This document shows positions 12,425 to 24,567 of a DNA stretch of 64,000 nt, one piece after another; positions within the stretch are counted from its first letter, which is position 1; every line of letters begins with the position of its first letter. The notes under the pieces are model-generated. The model did not search any database. It worked only from the letters and a program-made list of their open reading frames with translations, and was not told the DNA's origin. The position numbers and the translations under genes are program-made. The DNA is from Raillietiella orientalis (lineage: Eukaryota). The DNA is taken from positions 1,054,001 to 1,118,000 of the forward strand of contig JAYWIR010000018.1 in the NCBI GenBank assembly GCA_036172245.1. Reading direction: 5' to 3'.

Positions 12425-12724
12425 AGCCGTTCATGAGTTGATTCCGAGGACACTGCGTGGCAGTACGGAGAACATCCTTTTGCAGCCAATGCAGTGCTGT
12501 AGGAACTGGCGGTTGCCAGGAATTGATGGACCCCGGAGCTGGACAGCGGACCCTTTTTCAACGCCATGATTCAGATGTCAGTTGCCACTGACATGAAGGC
12601 ACAGAACCGAAAACTGCGACCAGAGAACTCGGCGGCCAGCGCCACAGCAGACTATGGCTTGCAGTGTGGACGGGGATGCAGCAGCAAGCAAGATCCGAGT
12701 TCTTTCTAACGCTGTTAGGCCGGG

Positions 12725-13340
12725 GCGTTTCTTTCTTCGAAGATCAACTCACGAAAGGAGGGGATTGAGGGAGAAGTTCCCGAGGGAAGCACACGAAAGT
12801 CCGCCGCGGGAAAGGTTCACCGATACGTAGGTGGGACGCACGCACGGGGCCCGAAGTGGAAGGCAGGGGGTAGTAAACAAACGAAAAACGAATAGGTAGG
12901 GAGGAGACAGGGATCTTTGGGAGGGATCGTTCCTTCTTCTCTACGGCCTTCTCGAGGCGCGGGCGATCTCCCTGGCGGCCTCTCGGGACAAATGGGTCCG
13001 GCCACGCTGCAGTCCTCGCAAAAGGCGACTGCTGGGCTGGCGGCATCCCGTTGCTGCGAGAGCAGCTCCAGACCGACGAGACGGGTCGCCAAGATGGCGC
13101 GCGCGCGCGTGCGCATCACTTTGCGCGCGCTCCGCATGCGAAGCGTCGCAGACGAGTGCGCCGCCGTGCCCTCCGGGTGCAGCAGCAGCCAAAAGGCAGC
13201 CTCCTTCCCAGTTGCTGGAGGGCACCGGGTCCATCAACAGGTGCGGGAACGGACTTGATCGTCCAGCATCTGGAACAGCTAGGGAGCCGATCCTGCTTTC
13301 CCGGAAGCGGTGCCTGTTAGCTCTCGATTCTTGATGCATC
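12725..13340 (-). mobile_element. Degenerate LINE 3' end (family B-like)
   Basis: Minus strand CSRCWTIKSVP/PHLLMD (frameshifted CCHC remnant), downstream similarity to the 15.2-15.6 kb copy, then a pyrimidine-rich 3' UTR. Confidence 0.55.
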
Positions 13341-14789
13341 CAGCTGCCGAACGTGCAACCGAAAAGGTCCGTGAACACCATGGACGTTGCGGAGGTTGGT
13401 GAACAGCTCCCTGCTCCGTGCGTCCATGTGGTCCAGGATGATTGAATCGGATGCGCTGATGCGATGTTTATTTATGGTTCTCAGATGCAGCTCGGTACAT
13501 AGCCCCGCCCTCCGCGCAGATCTTCCCTCCCTCAAAAAGTCATTCTCCCTTCCTTACGATCCGGTTGTGCACACATCGGCGGGTTTTATTCACAAGATGA
13601 ATTCTTCTTCATCCCTAGGCGTTATGTAAATCAAATGTTAAACAAACATAAAACGGGCGTTTGAAGCATCGAATGTTTGGCAAGCACGTCCTTCGTGAAG
13701 GGGGCTCGCTCTAGCGCGCGCGTGTCCTGAGGAGATGCCCTTCTTCACAGGGTCTGGACAGGTTCGGAAGAGTGATGAGAGTGTTTCGTGCAGTCACCCT
13801 TTTCCTCCTGTAACCCTTGCTGCGGTTTTGGCTACTTCATCTTGCTGGTTCCCAGGCGCAATCAATAGCCCTCAAAGATGAGTTCTTCGAAAGTTTCCCA
13901 TCCTTTTGTACGACTTGCTTGTTAAATACTCTGGGGCCTTAGGATTTGGACCTCAGCTTACGAGCTCTTTTTACGATCTTTTCCTGCCGTTTTGCTCCTT
14001 CTAAAGCCATAAATAGTCTCCGTGCTTTCTTTATTCTTTACTCAATCCCTTATTCTTTTCTGGCCAAAGGATCACGCAATACCGCTGTCTTCCTGTTTGG
14101 AGCAAAAAATGGGCATAGATCTTTAAATGCCTTGGAAAACGCCTCGAAATGAAGCGTTAGGCGGCGTGAAAATCGCAGTGCCGTGCGCATGCTTAGCGCA
14201 TCCCTAGGTCCTGAATGTCCATTTGGGAATCCAGCCTTACTTTCATCGCTAGCTGTAGACATCTTTCGCTGTTCCACTTATATCTTTTTCCATCTATTTC
14301 CTCTTTCGTGCTTCGGACGATTTGTTTGCGAGAGCGAAGCTTCGCGCCCGTCGAGAACAGCCGTGCCCACAGCTCACGGTTGCTTGCTGCAGCAAGCCAT
14401 AATTCATTATGCCCGACTGAAGGCAAGCAGTGGTACCACTTCTTTTTTTTTTTCGTGTTTCCCGCTCCAATTCGAAACGAGCTCTGTTGCTCAGCAACAA
14501 CAATGGTCTTCTTACAAGCTTTCGGGCCTGCATCGCCAGGATGCGCTCGCGCCGGCACCCGATGCCCCGTTGACTAGCGAATGGTGCGAGCAAGATGGCT
14601 TCCATGAGGCTATTGTGCGGTACAGTGCGTGACCCCAATTTAGGTGATAATTATAGTAATGGCGATTCGAAGCATGAATATGAGATGGTGCGATCAGCTG
14701 AAATCATTGTAGAGTATGGTTTTAACCCGAAAGTTGTAAGCGATTCGTCAAACGAAAAGATCCGCAGTCTATTGGACTGACTACGATGA

Positions 14790-15800
14790 ATGGAAGAGTT
14801 CCTCCGGAAGAGTATGAATGAATGGAAGAGTTCCGTCAGAGGCACCCCGACGCTCTTGCGAGGGCCGGGGTGCCTCCGGAGGAACGGTGAAGCAGCACCG
14901 TGCTTCGGTCCCAGCAGCCTCTTCAGGCCGTCCTCACATGGCCTTGCCGCGTGACAAGGCAAACAACACGCGTGCGTCTCAAAGACATCTGCACGGAACC
15001 GGAAGGGACTCTGGACGCTTGGCTTGGATGTTGCTCGAATCCCTGGAGAGGCAGCTCCCGTTCCGCAGACTGAGCGCCATCGTCCGTCGCTGGAACGAAC
15101 ACTAGCTGGAACGAAGCAGGCGGTGCTGCTCTTTCTGCACTGGAGACTCCATCGTCTTAACCTCGTCTCCGGAAGGGAGGGGGAGGATTGCATCCCGGAG
15201 CTGTGCGGGTCAGGTGCAGATCGGTAGAGTCGATCCCGCACCCCGGTTTTTTGGACTGTGGTGGCCTCCAACAACTGTGGGGGAGTTTGGCTGGCAGCGG
15301 TGCTCCTGCACCAGCAGGACACCGCCTGTGACCTGCCGCGGCGGTTCTTCGTGCCCGGCACACTCTCGACAGGCGCCGCGATCGCTCCAGGATGTTGCGT
15401 CCGCGCCATCGTCACGGCCCGTCGTGTACTCGCGACGCAGACGCAGTGAAGGGAGGATGGCAGCCGCCCTCATGTAGGCGGCTGCCAGGTGGTCTCGTCT
15501 GGAAGGGGAAGTCAAGGCGGAGATGGTCGGCATCCAGAGCCGGTTCCGAAAAGAAACAACGCCCGACACCGGCAACCCTTCCTTCCTTCCCTTCTTTCTT
15601 TCTTTCTTTTTTTTCATTGCCCCCTCCCAATCGCCTCAAACCTTTCCCGTTTTTTTTTTCCTTCTTTGATTTATTTATCCCGGTTTTGCTGGAGGGACGT
15701 CAAAAACCCTTGCCCAACCCCTCCCATGTTTTCACGTGTATTTGTTGTCCCTTGTCTCCCGTTCCGAACTTTCAGATGTCCCCACCTGCATGTCGGTGGA
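14790..15800 (+). mobile_element. L1/Tx1-like LINE 3' end, family B
   Basis: AVLLFLHWRL..VRCRSVESIPH..LDCGGLQQLWG..LAAVLLHQQDTACDLPRRFFV aligns with the window-start copy (LAAVLLHEEDAAEDVLRRFF). Pyrimidine-rich 3' UTR from ~15575. A 17-bp direct repeat ATGAATGGAAGAGTTCC (14786-14802, 14818-14834) lies near the 5' junction. Confidence 0.7.
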
Positions 15801-15845
15801 CTCTCCCCCTTAACTTCCTTCGTCTTCGGTTGGGAACCGGCGTGT

Positions 15846-15919
15846 ACAACCGGAGGGGAAGAACTCCCACTCCTTGGTTCCTGGAAGGACCCGGAGGTCG
15901 ACATCCATTGTGCCGGCCC
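15846..15919 (-). mobile_element. Inverted internal fragment of the composite SINE
   Basis: Imperfect reverse complement of 16107-16177 in the adjacent SINE copy. Confidence 0.75.
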
Positions 15920-15929
15920 GAGTCATAGG

Positions 15930-16685
15930 TCCTGTGGTTACGGTCACCTGTGGTTATGGTACCATGCGTCGCGGGTTCGAATACTCCTACAGAAATCGAC
16001 AAAGTGCATCGTGGGTTCCGAGTTCCTCCTGCAAGATGACGCTGGTTTGCCTACAAACTATTCGTATGCGGCACTGGTAATGGTGAAAACCGGATGCCTC
16101 CGATGAGGGCCGGGACAATGGGAGTCGACTTCCGGGCTCTTCCAGGAATCAAAGAGTGGAGATTCCTCTCCGGTTGTGGAAAGGAGTGGACACTCCCCTT
16201 CAGGGGAGACCCTCCGTCTTGTACCGTGGACCTGGTGTGGTATCTCTCCAGAGTGCAGAGAAGCGCGCCGCTCCCTTCAGGGAGTGCCCTTCTTGAGAGA
16301 TTTAGGAAACGTCCCTTCGGGGATCTTCTCAGAGGAGGGGAAAACAAGTAGTTCCCTAGCGGGTTCCCTCCGGGGAAGTAATTCCTAATAGCAAGTCCTT
16401 TCCGGTTTCCCTTCGGAGAAGAAAAATGCAGCGAACCCCTCCGAGGGCCCCTCTGGAGAAAATAAGTCCCTTAAGGGGTTCCCTCCCCAGTTGCCAGAGG
16501 AACGGACTCCCTTCTCTGGAGTCCTTCCTGGATTCATAGGGTGGCTCCCTCCCGGAGTAACCCCTATCTTGAAGGAGTACACGCACCCTCGGGTGGCATG
16601 GAACAGCGTCAAAGAGCTGCGTGAGGCACCAGGCGCGCGATGGTTCTTGAGGTGCTCAGCGAACCAAAAACACACAAAAAAAAAC
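15930..16685 (+). mobile_element. Composite SINE, copy 3 (near full length, A-rich tail)
   Basis: Head GTGGTTACGGTC..CGTCGCGGGTTCGAATACTCC, second GGGTTCCGAGTTCC, ~5 internal units, tail GGTTCTTGAGGTGCTCAGCGAACC followed by AAAAACACACAAAAAAAAA. Confidence 0.8.
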
Positions 16686-17197
16686 AGTCCACTGTGAGGG
16701 ACGGAAAGTGGGGCACATTCTCCACCCTCCCACATGTCCGCAGGAACTCGTCGCAAGAGCGCAGTCAGAGTAACTGCGATGCTTCGTAGCATGGTGTCGC
16801 TTGACAAGGCCTTTGCCGTTCCTTCCCTTTGTAAAGGAGCTGCCCCAGATGTCTGTCAGGTTGATCGTGAAAACGAAATGGCTGCTGACCTCGTGAGGTT
16901 CCCCCTCCAGCCTACCTTCCTTTTCAGAGATGCGATCCATTCATTCTCGTCGGAGTGACTTGCATTTGGCCAAAGTGCAATGATTTTTGTAAGATGTGAT
17001 CAGGCGTCATCAACTTTTCCCTAAGTGGCTTCGGACCCATCGGGTCATCTGATCGGACAACCGCTGCCAGACCGTTTGACGTTGGGGAAAAGGTTCGGGT
17101 GGGGACTCTCAGATCGGTTCCTCACGTTCGTTGCGACTCGCGCCAACATCCAGTCCCGAACTAGCGGCGGGGAGCAAGCGTCCAAGACACCGCCGAA

Positions 17198-18100
17198 GGT
17201 TTTTCACCCGGTTCCGCGGGGTCATTCATTATAAAGAGCGATAATAAGAACATATGGATGTGGTAGAACACGTGGTTCTACCACGTGCTAAAGGAAACAC
17301 ATTCAAGTTACCAAGTACCGGCATGCAGACCGGCGAGGTCCACTTCGGCAGCGGAGGGGAGAGGGAATAAACAAAAAAATAAAGAAAAACGGAAAAGGTT
17401 TTCCTGGAGGAAGGGGGATCAGGAGGGGGTCACTGTTCCCTGCAAGGCATTTTCTGCATCCTGCCCACAGGATGATGAGAAGTTGGTTCCGGATGTTGTC
17501 CAGGTGGGGCCATCTCGTGGAGGTCCTCAAAAAGATTTCTTGCCCAGTGGATGGTGTTCCTTCCATTCTGGCCTCTTCTTCCTGAGTTCCAGGCTTCCAG
17601 GATCCCGTGAGGGCAGCGGAGTGCTGCGGGAGACGCGGGTGGAAGCAGTGCAACACGAACGAAGAGGCGTATGAAAATGTCCCTGGGGTCGCTCACCGGG
17701 GTTCCTAGGGTCAACTCTAGGCAATCCCGAAGGAGTTCGAGTCCAACAGCAGGTGTGGAAGGGTCTCCTTCTTCCCGCGCCTGTATCGCACTGTACGCCA
17801 ACGCTCGCCCCGTATCCAGTGGTGAAGGCGCACCTTGCACGATATTCAATCGTGCACCACCAGCAACGCCACTCCCGCCACTTGAGGAGGAGGCAGCAAC
17901 TGTTCCAGCACGCCGGAGCCACTTCATGTCCACCGGAAGGATGGCGAGCAGCTCGCCCCAGTGTGAAAGTCCTTGGGTGGGGACACTCGGAGTCACAGTG
18001 CCGTGATCTCTCGATTTGCCCACTCACCCGCAAGTTTCTTCCTAGCTGCAATGCACCAGGACACCTCCCACCTTGCTGGATGGTCTCTGTCCCTTGCTCC
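17198..18100 (-). mobile_element. LINE family A copy 2 (3' end)
   Basis: Minus strand PSVPTQGLSHWGELLAILPVDMKW matches PSVPPKGLLSWDELLGIPQEDLEW of copy 1. Same 3' UTR architecture with a perfect 10-bp hairpin at 17260-17284. Confidence 0.75.
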
Positions 18101-19716
18101 CCTTAAGGAGGACAGCACGGGGGCAAGGAGGGTAAACAGGGCCCATAGCATCCTGCATGGACTGCTCACCACCTTGGGCAGGCGCGTTCCGCCTCGCTCG
18201 ACCCATGAGTCTTCTCCCAGGCGTCAGCTGACTCCTGAAGCCGGGCAGTGTAGTTCGCGCGGGGAGGCAGGAGATGCAGACGTTCTCCTCCACCGCCAAG
18301 GCAACCATCTGCCGGAGTTGATAGTCGCGGAAGGCTAGGCTTCGCTGGCTAGCGATGAGGATCGAAGTCAGACCGTTGCGGCCCTTTTCCAGTGATCGGA
18401 AGAGACAGACGGACTTCGCGGACGCCTGCAGGTGTTTTGCGACCGGAAAGGGAAGAGTCAAAAAAGTAAGGGAGCAGAGCAGCAGCTATCTGCGCCTCCT
18501 AGCAACTTAGCATCCAAGCACTTTGGAGTGAGAACAGCCGAGAAGAACAAGGGAAAAGCACCTTTGGAACGGTTGGGAATGGCCTCCTGGCACCAGCCGA
18601 GCTCTGTTTGACCTGCAAATGTATGAGAAATAGGGGCTTTCTTGTGAGCGCCTGCTCCAGCTCCCCTTTCTCCACCCATCCTCATATCTTCCAGTTTTCC
18701 ACTTTCCACTTTCCGGAAACTCTTCCACCCATTCACCATTAACCCTCGAGTGCATCCCATCTTGACCTTTCCTACTCTGTTTGCCTGTCTCTCGTGATCT
18801 GCCTTGCTTGGCCCTCGGTCTCCCCACTGCCTCCACGATCCATCTCCCCTTCCCTTGTCCTGCTGCCCACTACTTCTGGTAGTGGACTTCAGGGACCTGG
18901 AATCGGATTCCTTCTTATTCCTGATTCCTTCTCACCCACTTGAACGGCATTTGCTATGGAGATCTCTTCTTGCCCCCATGAGGACCCATAGTCTCGCTGC
19001 TCTTCCTCCGAATTCACGCTTTTCCGAACGTCGCAATTTGGTCCATTCGGACAATGGTCCCGCACCTCAAACAGTTTGGGAAGGAAACCAGAAGGTTGAG
19101 CTGGAATCCTTGCAGCGTGGAAACAGCACAACGTCCCACTTTCACCGTAGAGGTAGCATCGCAGTGTCTAGACACAAGGGAAGGGGGGAATCATAAGTTC
19201 TCTGCCGCTGGAGCCTCTTTGCACGAAAACCAGGAGCGTAGGCACTGGTCAACTCGCTCGTCCTGCAGCGTCGAGGAGTCTCTCGATTCCTGCAATGTTG
19301 CAGAAGACCTCCTACCCCTCCGGTTGGCTGCTTTCATTCATTGCATGCCCTGAGGGCATGCAACGACAGTTGCATGTGGCAAGGGGTGTGACGATTATCC
19401 GGGACTACTGCAGCCAGCCCTGCGGGGGATCTCCAAGAGACTTGCATGGGAGTTTTCGTAGCGGACCAAGTTGCTCTGGGCGCAAAATCCAGAGTGGCAA
19501 CCCTGGACTCCACGCCTCCTGCCTTCAGGCATCCCAGTTTTTTGACCAGCAGGAAATCCACAGGTGAGCTTCTAGCAGCAAGGACAAGTGCGCACTTTTG
19601 GCGGCGTCTACCAAATGCACGCGCTTCGTCTCTCCGGGAAGGAGAAGGGGGAAAGAAGGCTCTGCAGCTGAAGATGAAGTAACCGAAAGAAGCTCTAGTT
19701 ATGAACGACGACCTCA

Positions 19717-20180
19717 GCCCTCACGAAACAGACAGAACGCAAGCTCGAAAGAGAAGACGCCGAGGAGGCGGTTGGCAACGAAAGAGATAAGCTCAAGATC
19801 GCTGCAGCCACAGAAGGTGCGAAGAAGCCTCATCATTACCGGCTGATGGCTCTGCAAGAGATCTAAGGATGGCTGTCCTTGAAGATCTTTGGATTTTTAT
19901 GGATTGTAAGAGCTTCTACGTATTCGATGAATTTCAGGAAAAGTCACGTTGACATCTCATCAATCCCTAGAACTATGTCCTGAACGTGTTCGAGGTGTCG
20001 CCAGAAGAAGAAGGACCTTCTAGGACCCTCAAATTGCTTTCCCAACGCCTTCTCCGTGAAACAGTCCAGGATTTCAAGACTGACCTACGTTTCTAAAGGT
20101 CAGCAGTGCTGGTCCTGCAAGGAAGTCCATTTAAAGACACAAATCTATGCCCTATGAAGGTAATGAGGGAACCCTGATTC
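19717..20180 (+). pseudogene. Histone H3 pseudogene (canonical H3.2-like), with stops, frameshifts and a ~120-bp insertion
   Basis: ALTKQTERK..KTPRRRLATK..ATEGAKKPHHYRLMALQEI* then, after an insert, [40 protein letters not shown]. This is colinear with H3 [74 protein letters not shown]. Confidence 0.9.
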
Positions 20181-22899
20181 TACGCTCATCCACCTGTTGT
20201 TGTTGTTGTTGGTTTGCCCGGTATTCAAGAAGCATCACCTCACCCCGTAAGGGTATCGAAGAACATCCCCCCGTGAGGGTTCGCAAGGGTCTCTCCCACT
20301 GCTCACGTACCTGGGGTGAGCGCTACAGCAATCGATCCGCTCTCCATTCCCGTCTGGTAGCCAACGGGGCATCGGACGCGGACGCGAACGCATCTTAGCG
20401 ATGCACACCCGGAGCTTGGAAGACAACCGCTGCATCTTCTTGAGGGGAGACTCGAAACTCAGCTCGGCATCGATTCCTTGCGAGACTGACTCCTGAGTCG
20501 ATCCCATGAAGGACCCGGGACGACTCGCGGCGGCCGCAGACGCGGGCAATCCGAGAGCGTGACCGTCGTGTCAAAGGACGCGTGCCGCTGGCCCGAGTCT
20601 CACCGGCAGGGAACGCGCCCGAGTCAGAAAGCAAGCGAGTCCGGCGGAAGCGGAGTCGGTGGCAGAAAATCAACGCGAGGGCCGAGCTGCCTCCACTTCG
20701 GGAATCCCGTGCTCCTGCATGGAAACGGCACGGCGGTGAGCGGAGGAAGCGTTTGTTTTGCATCGTAGGAACAGGATGTTTAGCCTCATGGACGGTGATT
20801 TATCTCCCCGCTTTATCTAAGGAGGGATTCCAGACCAAACATCCCTTTCTGCTCGCTCTGGAAGGCAGCAAGCACAAGCAGGAGCAAGCGGTCCCCTAAG
20901 CACAGCAGATTTCTCTCGATGTTTCTCTCGCTGTCAAAGTGATCTTCTCGTTCCTAATGGTAACATTCATCTTGTGCTCAGGGTCTCGTCCGGATAGCGA
21001 ACGGCGGGATGGATGCTCCAGCGACCGCGGTCAAGGTCGCGGAAACTGTTTCTCCAGGACTCCAGAAGATTCCAGAAGTGGTGGCGGCTGGGAGTCTCAC
21101 TCAGAAAGAGATTTTTTATTTTTGTTTCTGAAATCTTCTAGACCTTTCCGTCGCTGCAGATTTTCCTGTTCCCCCTCCGGGTCATTCCTCATGGTGGTAA
21201 CGGTCAGTTTCCCACAGATGGCGGATGCATCCGATGTCTCAGCAGCGAGGAATGCGATGAAACACCGGATCGGTCGACGGGCATGGCAACGAATGGGGCC
21301 ACGCCAACCCCGCGGCAAGCCCGCCAGGACGGCAGCAATTGTGTGTGCGCGCGCATGCGTGTGGATGCGTTGCCGAGCGAGGTGATCGGAATGCAGCTGG
21401 AATCCCATCCTCATCTGACTAGGAGACGGTACTCCCCCGGAGTTCTTTGCCCGCGGGCGTTGCCTCGGCAACCGTGGCGAAGAACCAGAAAGAGGGGAGA
21501 AACCTCAGCCGGCACCATCAAGCACCAGACCCACTTCTCGGCAGCACGTAGGCGTGTTCTCGGTGTTGCCTGGAAGCCTCCAACGCTGAAGGGTGATGTC
21601 AAGTGGACGCGTGGTGGGAGCGTCTCCATGGAAATGGAGAGAGTGTGGCTAGGACCGCAGCTTCAGAAAACTGCACGATAAGAAGAGGACGGGCTATTTC
21701 TCAACGCAGACTCCCTCATCAGCTTCCGCCGCTCTCATAGGGCTCCCACCAGACCCCCGGATGTCGACGGTGCTGCAGCGCTGCCAACAACTGAGCCTTG
21801 TGTCACGAGGTCAAGGAACTTAAAAGAAGAATGAGAGAATCCTCGGGAACTTTCGCGGTCGTTCGGGCGTTCCCAGGAAGGCGGCAGCGGGGTGCTGCCG
21901 AGTTCCGCTGGGAGGTTGATGTCCGCCGCCGCAAGCAAAAATCTTAGCCCTGAAACAAAGCCACTGGGGAAAGGCCTGGGGGGGGAGGGCGCGTCGGCAC
22001 TCCTTGAAGCTGGAGACCCTGCTTGACAGTGCGGTCCGAATTCAGGGATTTCCCCGTGTGTCGCGCCTCCCGGTAACTTGCTGAGGTCGCTGCTACAGAG
22101 GGTCCTTGCCCAGACGGGACACTGCGAGACGTCGAGTTTTGCGTGCAAGGAGGAGTGGAAGGGAGAGGGTTCCTCTGGTCGCTGCCATCAGTGGGTTAAT
22201 CTCTCCCCCGTTGGAAGCAGACGGTGAGAGGGGGTTCAGGGAAGAGCCGACCTTGCTCGGAATGCGGTCTTCCAAGAGGTCAGCTCGGGAGTACCGTTCC
22301 GATCTTCCACGTCCCAGGAGAAGATGGCGCTAGGAACATCCTCCCCTTCGTCCTCTCGGGTTCTCTCTACTCTGGAGGGGGGTCAAAGGCTTCACTTCCT
22401 TGCCCCCCTCCCCCTCGAGGCATCTCCGCACCCGGCCTCGCGAGCGCTGCTGGGGGGAGCTGGAGGCAGGAGCTCGCGAGCTCCCAGGGTCATCTCCGCG
22501 ACCCTCAATGAGGTCCCGTCTGGACGCTGGCGGATGACTCCGGCTCCGCTCCCTGGGGAAGAAGGTGGGGAAGAGGAGGAGAACAGAGAAGGGCAGTTAC
22601 CTAGGCGATGCCGCTCCGGAGCCGGAGGCCTCCCTCTCCTTCAAGGACACTCCCTCGAAGCTCCTCCGGGGTTGCCGTCGACCGCTCCGCCTCCTCTCGG
22701 ATCCACAGGTGGCAGCACTGGCGGAAGAAGCGACCGGAAGAGGCGGGGCAGGATGCTCTCAGGTGCGGACCGGCTCTCTTCCTCCCTCCCCTCGGTTGAG
22801 GCCCACCCTCGGGGACCGGAAAGGCTGGATTCTCTGGGAACGCTCGGAATCCGTTCACGGCGACGCTCGGCCCAACTTCCCCTCCCCACTTGATCCACC

Positions 22900-23260
22900 G
22901 GAGAAGATCATAGCGAGGCTCAAACGTGCGCTCCGGGGCCACAGCAGTTCTCCGTGCCGTCGGACGCCACCTCAGCATCACGGAGAACGGGCCAGCGTTC
23001 TTGACCAGCCCTTGGAGAACTGCGAGGGGGGAGATGGAGATGCGCAGCGTCCGGACCTCAAAGGAAGGAGTGCGGGTCATTTCGCCGCTACGTTCGATGA
23101 TCCCCGTTCGCCGATTCACTACTGGAGCCGTGAATCGGCGGATACGGCGCAGGGACTCTCCCATGCCCTACGCTTCCCGCGCGTCCGCACGGCCACTCTC
23201 GACCTGGGTGCGTCAACCGCTCCCACCTTTCCTCGCGGTCCCCGTGAACGGAAGGGTTCG
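22900..23260 (-). mobile_element. Possible L1/Tx1 ORF1 remnant
   Basis: ESLRRIRRFTAPVVNRRTGIIERSGEMTRTPSFEVRTLRISISP loosely fits the ORF1 pattern L.xYG..G..TG.R...M..IPS...V.G..I.I.Y; no intact zinc knuckle seen. Confidence 0.3.
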
Positions 23261-23699
23261 GAGTGACTGACGCGAAGCATGCCCTTTCCTCCGGGAGATA
23301 TATTTTTTTTTCCGAGTCGACGGGGAAAAGAGGAAGTTGCCCAGGAACTTCCTGGAAGCGTGGTCCCGTGCCGGCGCGAGCGGACGGGTTCCGCGAGTCT
23401 CCTCCGAAAGGGCTGGTTCCTCGTCTCCCCATTCCTCCCAGATCCCGATAGGCGTCGCGGCTCCTCCCTTCTTTTTCCCAGTACGAATCGCCGTTCGTGC
23501 CTGGAGATCGATCCTTTCTCCTCCAGCATCCGCGCTCTGCCCACCCCGAAGGCATGTGCGCCGGAATCCCTCGTCGGCATTTCTTGGGTAGGTAAGCAGT
23601 GACCCTCCCGCAACACTATCCGCCCAGAAGAGCGGCTCCTCCCCAGCTTGCAGGGTGACCGGGCAAAAGACGCCATTGTCGGTCCCATTCGAGGACAGT

Positions 23700-24445
23700 C
23701 ATGGCCCACTCACCCCGCGACTATCAGCCTGGTCGTCATGGACATCAGTCTCCTGGGAGGTCACCGCCGTCTCCCTCCCGCTTCCGACTGCTTGCACCGA
23801 AGAAGGACGGGGAAATCTCATCCCCATCGTCCCTTATCTTGCTCGTGCTGACCGCGGGAGAAAGCAAAAGCTCCGACAGTACGTCCCTCATCGCCGGAAG
23901 GTGCGTGAATCCCTCCCGTACCTGCTTGTGGATTGGGTTGTTGCCCTCCGGTCCTTCTGGGAACGCTTCCCTACGATTCTAGGAACCCCCAAGGGCAACT
24001 TCAGGAACTCTGCAAGATCCCTTCCCCTACGCGACGCACTTCGATCGGCAGCGTTGCTAGCAGCCTTGTACTGCCTACGCGAGATTGCAGCTATCTGCAG
24101 AGACGCAAGAGGAGGACCGAGCCACAGTGGTGCCACATCCGCTTTGCCGTCCGGTTCATGAGGATGGCAAGAAGATTGTCCCACCTGGAAAACCACATCC
24201 AGCAGGAGATTATGGGATCCCTTTCTTCACACCTCCAAATTTGCTTATTTATTTTTATTTATTTTGTTTCTTTGTTCCTTTTGTTCGTCCCCTCCCCTCT
24301 GCTGCCGTGGGGGATCTCACCGGTCTGCAAACCGGTTAGACAGATCACATCTGAAAAGGACATGGTTGGACCACCGTTCCAGCCACAGAGAAAATTGTAA
24401 TTTTATTTCATTTTATATATGAAGTAAACCCCGGTCCGGCACATA
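23700..24445 (+). mobile_element. LINE family A copy 3 (3' end)
   Basis: ESLPYLLVDWVVALRSFW matches EIPHLLVDCVALRPLW. ALYCLREIAA and RFAVRFMRMA match copy 1. T-rich UTR with the same two stem-loops (24319-24336, 24363-24385). Confidence 0.75.
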
Positions 24446-24567
24446 CGAGTGACAACTCATCGCCGGAAGCGAAGGACGAGCGACCGCCATAGTCGAAGTG
24501 CCATCGTCATTTTTCCCTTCCACTTCCTATCCGCACCACTGTGCTTTGCGTCGCCGCTTCCCTTCCA

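Noticed and set aside
16585..16665. HDV-like ribozyme in the SINE tail (CCCTCG loop, terminal hairpin, GCGAA)
   Set aside because: I could not build P1 or P2 pairings, and the spacing between the putative P3 and P4 is wrong. An RNArobo or Infernal scan would settle it.
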